From an uncultured Clostridia bacterium (GTDB lineage Bacteria; Bacillota; Clostridia; TANB77; CAG-508), in contig CALXET010000003.1 of the NCBI GenBank assembly GCA_944387405.1, positions 143,758 to 207,757 on the forward strand: DNA of 64,000 nucleotides, read 5' to 3'. A model generated the notes under the pieces. The model worked only from the letters and a program-made list of their open reading frames with translations. It had not been told where the DNA came from and made no database searches. Below are positions 58,061 through 64,000 of this stretch, piece by piece; the first letter of the stretch is position 1, and each line of letters starts with the position of its first letter. The position numbers were made by a program, and so were the translations under genes.

Positions 58061-58927
58061 ATGGCTATCAAGTTAATCGCAAGCGATTTAGATGGTACTA
58101 TTATAGATGAACATAATTTTATATCTCCTAGTAATCTAAACGCTATTAAAGATATAAATACTAAAAAAATTAACTTTGCTGTTTGCACTGGAAAGTCATA
58201 TTCTATCGGCAAATCTCTATGTAATAATTTTAATGCTACCTATGGAGTATTTGGAAACGGTTCTCAAATTGTTGATCTTACTACTGGGAAGTCTATATAT
58301 AAACATGTCATTCCAAATGATGATATAAAACTTTGTATTGATATTGCTGAAAAATATAATTTACATGTACATGCATATACTGATAAAGAAATTATAACAA
58401 CAAACTTAAAATATATGGATCTTAGAAATTATAAATTAAATCCTACTTCTGGATCAAAATTTTTAATTACAGATAATTTATATAAATGTATTTTAGATAA
58501 TAATTTAGAAATACTTCAACTTATAATCTCTAGTGATAATCATTTAAATATTGTAAGAAGTGAAATAGAAGATTTGTCAAACTTATCTATTACTACATTT
58601 TCTAAATTTGGCAAATATAAAGATATGATAATAAATAAAGAATATGAATATTTATCTATTGCTCCTCAGAATACAAATAAAGAAGAAGCATTATCATTTT
58701 TAAAAAAATATCTGCATTTATCTAATGATGAAGTTATGGCTGTGGGAGATAATTTAAATGATTTAGAAATGCTAAAAAATTCTGGAATAAGTATTGCTGT
58801 CGCAAACGCTTATGATGAAGTTAAACAAATTGCAAAATATACTACTCAAAAAGATGTTTCTCAAGGAGCTTTTGCTGAAGCTGTTTATAAATTTATTGAT
58901 TTTGATAATCCAAATATTACTACATAA
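58061..58927 (+). CDS. Cof-type HAD-IIB family phosphatase
   Basis: 288 aa. HAD motif I is LIASDLDGTIID, motif II is AVCTGKS and motifs III/IV are GDNLNDLEMLKNSGISIAVANA. Confidence 0.8.
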   Translation: MAIKLIASDLDGTIIDEHNFISPSNLNAIKDINTKKINFAVCTGKSYSIGKSLCNNFNATYGVFGNGSQIVDLTTGKSIYKHVIPNDDIKLCIDIAEKYNLHVHAYTDKEIITTNLKYMDLRNYKLNPTSGSKFLITDNLYKCILDNNLEILQLIISSDNHLNIVRSEIEDLSNLSITTFSKFGKYKDMIINKEYEYLSIAPQNTNKEEALSFLKKYLHLSNDEVMAVGDNLNDLEMLKNSGISIAVANAYDEVKQIAKYTTQKDVSQGAFAEAVYKFIDFDNPNITT

Positions 58928-58992
58928 GTTTTTAAAATCTTTACATTATTTTTTTCTTATCAAAATAAAAAATTAATACGAAAAATATAAAA

Positions 58993-59017
58993 AGCAGATG
59001 ATTTAATTTCATCTGCT
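58993..59017. terminator. Bidirectional intrinsic terminator (agcagatga / tcatctgct) between the Cof gene (+) and cdaA (-)
   Basis: A 9-bp stem with a 7-nt loop, followed by TTTTATTTTTAC. Confidence 0.6.
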
Positions 59018-59048
59018 TTTATTTTTACTACTTTTCATATTTTTTATT

Positions 59049-59939
59049 TTAATCTTGTGATTGCTTTGGAAGAGCTTTTTTCTTTTTGTCGTCATTTTCT
59101 TTTGGTTCAACAATTAAATTTTTAATTAATATTTTCTTTAAAGTCTCATCTTTTACATCTGCAATTAAAGTTCCATCTTTTGCAATTGATATTTTTCCTG
59201 TTTCCTCAGAAACTACTACAACAATAGCATCTGATTCTTTTGAAATACCAATAGCTGCTCTATGTCTCGTTCCAAGTTCTTGTGGAATACTTGGATCATT
59301 TGAAAGTGGAAGCATACAAGATGCAGCCGCAATTTTATTATTACTTATTATTACAGCACCGTCATGTAGTGGTGTTCTAGTAACAAATATATTACATAAT
59401 AATTGTGGAGATATTTCTGCATTAAGTTCAATTCCCGTATTAATTATATCATTTAATCTTATATCTCTTTCAAAAACTATTAAAGCTCCTGTTTTTGTAT
59501 TAGACATCTCTTGAGCTGCTATTACAACTTTATATATTTGCTCTTTAGTTCTAATTTCTTTATCTTTCATTTCAAGCTTGAATATTTTTCTTATGCTACC
59601 TGTTCCAAGCTCTTCTAACACCCTTCTAATCTCTGGTTGAAAAATAACTACTATTGCAAATACAAAACCTGTCATAAATTGTGTTAATATAAAATTAACA
59701 ATTGTTAATTTTAATATTCCACTTATTACTGTTGCAATCAATATTATAATGATACCCTTTATTAATTGCCACACTCTAGTATCTTTTATAAAAGTTGCCA
59801 TTTTCAATATACAAAATACAACTATAGAAATATCTAATATAAACATAGCAAGTTCAAATGGATGGCTTAATAAATTTTGCACATATCCTATTATATTAAC
59901 ATCTACAAATTTCTCGAAATCATTTATAAAAGACTCCAT
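59049..59939 (-). CDS. cdaA: Diadenylate cyclase CdaA (DisA_N/DAC domain, membrane-anchored)
   Basis: 296 aa. There are three N-terminal TM helices. The DAC motifs are HDGAVIISNNKIAAASC (DGA) and GTRHRAAIGISKESDAIVVVVSEETGKISIA (RHR). Confidence 0.85.
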   Translation of the reverse strand: MESFINDFEKFVDVNIIGYVQNLLSHPFELAMFILDISIVVFCILKMATFIKDTRVWQLIKGIIIILIATVISGILKLTIVNFILTQFMTGFVFAIVVIFQPEIRRVLEELGTGSIRKIFKLEMKDKEIRTKEQIYKVVIAAQEMSNTKTGALIVFERDIRLNDIINTGIELNAEISPQLLCNIFVTRTPLHDGAVIISNNKIAAASCMLPLSNDPSIPQELGTRHRAAIGISKESDAIVVVVSEETGKISIAKDGTLIADVKDETLKKILIKNLIVEPKENDDKKKKALPKQSQD

Positions 59940-59962
59940 TATACACCTCTTTTACTAATTTA

Positions 59963-60073
59963 TTATCTTAAATATATTACAAGTGGATATACAATTGATG
60001 CAATTAATCCTAATACTAATATACCTATAATTATTCCTGATACGATTTTTGTAATTAATTTTCTTTTATCCAT
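59963..60073 (-). CDS. Small hydrophobic peptide of 36 aa (MDKRKLITKIVSGIIIGILVLGLIASIVYPLVIYLR) immediately upstream of cdaA
   Basis: The RBS GAGGGAAAG lies 7 nt before the ATG (plus 60071-60073). The peptide has a single predicted TM helix. The stop is 24 nt before the cdaA start. It falls below the ORF-track cutoff. Confidence 0.3.
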   Translation of the reverse strand: MDKRKLITKIVSGIIIGILVLGLIASIVYPLVIYLR

Positions 60074-60305
60074 ATTTACTTTCCCTCTTTCTTATGTATA
60101 TAAATTCACATCATATAAAATTTATATCATATTACATATATTTTTTCAATAGTATTTACTTGTTATTTCTGCCTATTTTTGTTACTTTTAGGATTTAAAA
60201 ATACTTTAGAAAATAAAATTTAAAATTCTCAAATTTAATTAAATTTTTATATTTTTTTATCATTTTTTTGTATTTTTTATTTTTTTCTACGTTTTTTATG
60301 GATGT

Positions 60306-60334
60306 TGTCTTTTAAAAAGAACTATGCTATAATG
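60306..60334 (+). promoter_or_regulatory. Sigma-A-type promoter for pflB (TTGTCT, 17-nt spacer, TGC-TATAAT)
   Basis: TTGTCT at 60306-60311 and TATAAT at 60329-60334 with an upstream TGC, about 140 nt before the pflB ATG. Confidence 0.45.
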
Positions 60335-60476
60335 TGTATGCTTAAATTTGTGCCTTGAAAATTTAATTATAAATATTAATAATTTTCTTAAAATATTTCA
60401 TAGTTAATTTTTCATGTATAAATTATAAATTGTATATAAAACTATTTATATAAATAATTATTTAAGGAGGTTTTTT

Positions 60477-62711
60477 ATGAAATTTGACGAATGGAAAGAC
60501 TTCGCAGGTGGCGAATGGCAAGATGAAATTAATGTTAGAGATTTCATTCAAAAAAATTACACTCCATATGAAGGAGATGCTTCTTTCCTAGCAGATGCTA
60601 CTGAAGCTACAAAGAAATTATGGAATGAAGTTTTAGATCTTTACCAAAAAGAAAGAGATAATGGTGGCGTACTTGCTATATCAAGTGATGTTGCTTCAAC
60701 AATAACGAGCCATGGTGCTGGATATATTGATAAAGACTTAGAAAAAATAGTTGGACTTCAAACTGATGCTCCTCTTAAGAGAGCAATCATGCCAAATGGT
60801 GGTATAAGAATAGTTGAAAAATCTTGTGCTGCTTATAATCAAAAAGTTTCAGATAAAATAGAAGAAATATATCACAAATATAGAAGAACTCATAATGATG
60901 GTGTATTTATGGCGTATACTCCAGAAATAAGAGCTTGTAGATCAGCTCATATTTTAACAGGTCTTCCTGATGGATATGGTCGTGGAAGAATAATAGGAGA
61001 TTACAGAAGAGTTGCTCTATACGGTATTGATGCTTTAATAGAAGATAGACAAAAAATATTTGCTGATACTATTGCAAATGACTTAACAGAAGATATCATA
61101 AGAGAAAGAGAAGAAATTGCTGAACAAATTTCTGCTTTAAACGAATTAAAAGAAATGGCTCAAATGTATGGTATAGATATCTCTAAACCTGCAAAAGATG
61201 CAAGAGAAGCTGTTCAATGGTTATACTTTGGTTATTTAGGAGCTATTAAGCAACAAAATGGTGCAGCTATGAGTATTGGTAGAACTTCTACTTTCTTAGA
61301 CATTTATTTTGAAAGAGATATTAAAGCAGGAAAATTAACTGAAGCAGAAGCTCAAGAAATAATGGATCATTTTGTTATGAAATTAAGACTTGTTAGATTC
61401 TTAAGAACACCTGAATATGATGAATTATTTAGTGGTGATCCAGTTTGGGTTACAGAATCAATCGGTGGTATGGGAATTGATGGTAGAACATTAGTTACAA
61501 AAAACTCATTTAGAGTATTACACACATTAACAACTTTAGGACCTGCTCCAGAGCCAAACCTAACAGTTCTTTGGTCTACTCGTCTTCCAGAAGGATTTAA
61601 AAATTATTGTACAGAAATGTCTATAAAGACAAGTTCAATACAATATGAAAACGATGACTTAATGAGAGAATACTGGGGAGATGATTATGGAATTGCTTGT
61701 TGTGTATCTGCTATGAGAATTGGTAAACAAATGCAATTCTTTGGTGCTAGATGTAATTTAGCTAAAACTTTATTATATGCTATAAATGGTGGTAGAGATG
61801 AAATTACTGGAAAACAAGTTTCTCCAAGATTTGAACCTATTACATCTGAATATCTAGATTATGATGAAGTTATGGCAAAATTTGATACAATGATGGATTG
61901 GATAGCAAGAGTTTATATAAATGCTCTAAATATTATCCACTACATGCATGATAAATATTGTTATGAATCTCTAGAAATGGCTCTTCATGACAAAGACATT
62001 TTAAGAACTATGGCTTGTGGTATTGCTGGTCTATCTGTTGTTGCTGATTCATTATCTGCAATTAAATATGCAAAAGTAAAAGTTATAAGAGATGAAACAG
62101 GTTTAGCTACAGATTATGAAATTGAGGGAGATTTCCCTAAATACGGTAATGATGATGACAGAGTTGATCAAATTGCTGTAGATATTCAAAAGAGATTTAT
62201 GGATAAATTAAGAAAACAAAAAACATATAGAAATTCAAAACCAACAATGTCAATATTAACAATCACATCTAATGTTGTATATGGTAAGAAAACAGGTAAC
62301 ACTCCTGATGGAAGAAGAGCTGGTGCTCCATTTGGACCTGGTGCAAACCCTATCCATGGTAGAGATGTAAATGGTGCTTTAGCAGTATTAAACACTATTG
62401 CAAAACTTCCATACAGACATTCTGAAGATGGTATCTCATATACATTTGCTATTACTCCTGCTACTCTTGGAAAGACAATGGAAGAAAGAGTTAAAAACTT
62501 AACTGCTTTATTAGATGGTTACTTTGTACAATTAAGTCACCACATAAATGTAAATGTATTTGATAGATCTTTATTATTAGATGCTATGGATCATCCAGAA
62601 AAATATCCTCAACTTACAATTAGAGTGTCTGGATATGCTGTTAACTTTGTAAAATTAACAAGAGAACAACAATTAGATGTTATAAATAGAACTATTCATG
62701 AAAAAATATAA
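60477..62711 (+). CDS. pflB: Pyruvate formate-lyase (formate C-acetyltransferase)
   Basis: 744 aa. The glycyl radical motif is [14 protein letters not shown]. The active-site CC is GIACCVSAM. The RBS is AAGGAGG. Confidence 0.95.
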   Translation: MKFDEWKDFAGGEWQDEINVRDFIQKNYTPYEGDASFLADATEATKKLWNEVLDLYQKERDNGGVLAISSDVASTITSHGAGYIDKDLEKIVGLQTDAPLKRAIMPNGGIRIVEKSCAAYNQKVSDKIEEIYHKYRRTHNDGVFMAYTPEIRACRSAHILTGLPDGYGRGRIIGDYRRVALYGIDALIEDRQKIFADTIANDLTEDIIREREEIAEQISALNELKEMAQMYGIDISKPAKDAREAVQWLYFGYLGAIKQQNGAAMSIGRTSTFLDIYFERDIKAGKLTEAEAQEIMDHFVMKLRLVRFLRTPEYDELFSGDPVWVTESIGGMGIDGRTLVTKNSFRVLHTLTTLGPAPEPNLTVLWSTRLPEGFKNYCTEMSIKTSSIQYENDDLMREYWGDDYGIACCVSAMRIGKQMQFFGARCNLAKTLLYAINGGRDEITGKQVSPRFEPITSEYLDYDEVMAKFDTMMDWIARVYINALNIIHYMHDKYCYESLEMALHDKDILRTMACGIAGLSVVADSLSAIKYAKVKVIRDETGLATDYEIEGDFPKYGNDDDRVDQIAVDIQKRFMDKLRKQKTYRNSKPTMSILTITSNVVYGKKTGNTPDGRRAGAPFGPGANPIHGRDVNGALAVLNTIAKLPYRHSEDGISYTFAITPATLGKTMEERVKNLTALLDGYFVQLSHHINVNVFDRSLLLDAMDHPEKYPQLTIRVSGYAVNFVKLTREQQLDVINRTIHEKI

Positions 62712-62893
62712 GATATTATACTTTAATAACATTTGATTAATAAAAATAATTTTTATATAATATGAAGTGTCTTCTTATATTAGGACACTTCATATTTTTT
62801 AATTAAGTATATTTAAATTTATTAATAAAAAAACTAGTAAAATAAATAATTATCAAAATGTATTTAATTAAGAAATATTAGGAGGATTTTTTT

Positions 62894-63622
62894 ATGGGAA
62901 TATTAGATACAACATTAAAGGTTCATTCATTCGAAAGTCTTGGAACGGTTGACGGTCCTGGTCTTAGATATATTATTTTTCTTCAAGGATGTCCTTTAAA
63001 ATGTAAATTTTGTCACAATAGAGATACTTGGGAATTTAAAAATGCTGGTACGGAATATTCTATATCTTTTTTAATTAATAAAATAAATAGATTTACAAGT
63101 TATATAAAAGCCTCTAATGGTGGTGTTACAATATCTGGTGGAGAACCTTTACTTCAAGCTAAAAATTTAACAGTATTATTTAAGACATTAAAAAAGATGG
63201 GAATACACACTTGCCTTGATACTTCTGGAGCACTTCCTATAAATGATGAAATTAAAGAATTACTAAATTATACTGATTTAGTGTTATTAGATATAAAACA
63301 AATAGATGATGAAAAAGCGAAATCTTTAACAGGTGTATCTAATAAAAATGAATTAGCATTTGCAAGATATTTAAGTGATAATAATATACCAATGTGGATT
63401 AGACAAGTCTTAATTCCTGGATATACTGATGATGAAAATGATTTATTAAAATTAAAAGAATTTATTAATACTTTATCTGGTGTTGAAAGAATTGAACTTC
63501 TTCCTTACCATGATTATGGCAAGTTCAAATGGAAGGAACTTGGCGAAAAATATGAATTAGATGATGTAAAAGCCCCTACTCAAGAAGAAATTGATAGAGC
63601 TAAAAAAATATTAGGAATTTAA
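62894..63622 (+). CDS. pflA: Pyruvate formate-lyase activating enzyme (radical SAM)
   Basis: 242 aa. The radical SAM cluster motif is CPLKCKFCHN. The RBS is AGGAGG. The gene is directly downstream of pflB. Confidence 0.9.
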   Translation: MGILDTTLKVHSFESLGTVDGPGLRYIIFLQGCPLKCKFCHNRDTWEFKNAGTEYSISFLINKINRFTSYIKASNGGVTISGGEPLLQAKNLTVLFKTLKKMGIHTCLDTSGALPINDEIKELLNYTDLVLLDIKQIDDEKAKSLTGVSNKNELAFARYLSDNNIPMWIRQVLIPGYTDDENDLLKLKEFINTLSGVERIELLPYHDYGKFKWKELGEKYELDDVKAPTQEEIDRAKKILGI

Positions 63623-63688
63623 GTTATTTTAAGAAATAAAAAAATAAAATTATTATTAAACAAAATATTTTATAAATATAAAAGTATA

Positions 63689-63720
63689 AAGACTAGGCAC
63701 CCGCATGGGTGCCTAGTCTT
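63689..63720. terminator. Perfect GC-rich palindrome (aagactaggcaccc-gcat-gggtgcctagtctt) between the convergent pflA and the 77-aa gene; it overlaps that gene's stop codon
   Basis: A 14-bp perfect stem with a 4-nt loop. The TAG stop of the minus-strand ORF (plus 63713-63715) lies inside the 3' arm. Confidence 0.5.
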
Positions 63721-63946
63721 TATAGCATATAAACATATCATATATGCCTTCATTATTTAATTTTTTCATTTGTTTAAATTCCCGAATATTCGCAGCTTCC
63801 AAGAATTCTCTCCGCCGTACTCGAACAATTACGTTCTTTCCACTTTCAATCATCTCGCAAGCCTCTTCTTCAGAAATTTTAGTTAACCTACCTTTTTTTG
63901 TATCAATTTCATCGTAGGTTGTCGCTCTCATATTCAACCCTCCCAT
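63713..63946 (-). CDS. Small hypothetical protein of 72-77 aa with GC-elevated composition
   Basis: The likely start is the second ATG (plus 63928-63930, MRATTYDEID...), preceded by GGGAGGG. The body is about 38% GC, by eye. No recognisable motif (…VIVRVRRREFLEAANIREFKQM…). Confidence 0.4.
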   Translation of the reverse strand: MGGLNMRATTYDEIDTKKGRLTKISEEEACEMIESGKNVIVRVRRREFLEAANIREFKQMKKLNNEGIYDMFICYKD

Positions 63947-64000
63947 TGGATGTAAATATTTGAAGCTTGGTTTATACGTTTCTGACAGTATTATACATTC

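Noticed and set aside
60340-60476. Looked for a Rex operator (TTGTGAA-N4-TTCACAA) in the pflB promoter region, and for CIRCE or CtsR boxes upstream of clpE and htrA
   Set aside because: Only partial half-sites were found (e.g. tttgtgccttgaaaattt), with no convincing dyad.
1-64000. Scanned for integrases, transposases, IS inverted repeats, tRNA and rRNA genes flanking the GC-rich islands
   Set aside because: None were recognised. No tRNA-like 75-nt GC-rich segments with T-loop consensus and no recombinase motifs are present, so the islands lack an evident mobility mechanism within this window.

Overview
The window is a very AT-rich (about 25-28% GC) chromosomal segment from a low-GC, spore-forming Firmicute of the Clostridia type; the composition estimate is by eye, not computed. 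About 80% of it is dense housekeeping genes, mostly on the minus strand. These are fabD(partial)-fabH, pepF, an ECF sigma/anti-sigma pair, rnhB-pdp, htrA, clpE, comEC, a SH3b-NlpC/P60 hydrolase, aspS, pyrG, rlmB, lepA, addA, the spoIIAA-spoIIAB-sigF-spoIID-(spoIIQ-like M23) sporulation cluster, valS behind a T-box leader, dnaE, truA, cdaA and pflB-pflA. I found no rRNA, tRNA, CRISPR array, integrase or transposase.

The features not explained by ordinary housekeeping are listed below.

1. Compositional islands. Several short stretches are far more GC-rich than their surroundings and each carries exactly one gene:
   - a Nudix hydrolase with its own GC-rich terminator (24413-25046, roughly 50% GC);
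   - an HNH endonuclease with a perfect GC hairpin (38005-38695);
   - a 138-aa protein (53871-54287);
   - a 77-aa protein ending inside a perfect GC palindrome (63689-63946).

2. A possible defence or mobile-element cassette (53871-56987). It is a self-contained three-gene minus-strand unit wedged between truA and an AraC/GyrI regulator. It encodes an FtsK/HerA/TraG-superfamily P-loop ATPase (Walker A GGSGTGKS, Walker B LILIIDE), a translationally coupled Cys-rich 232-aa protein, and the GC-mosaic 138-aa protein. I could not assign it to a known system. It is my best candidate for an undescribed system.

3. A DnaB-C-terminal-domain helicase-like protein with a novel about 300-aa N-terminus, co-oriented behind rnhB-pdp and next to AT-rich tandem repeats.

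4. A candidate plus-strand sRNA of about 215 nt between dnaE and an S4-domain gene, with a consensus promoter and an intrinsic terminator.

5. Two probable frameshifted genes, one at an A7GT7 homopolymer.

6. Small unannotated ORFs of 55 aa and 36 aa, and a pyrG leader hairpin that looks like an attenuator.

All calls are from reading motifs in the supplied translations and the DNA by eye. No database searches were run.
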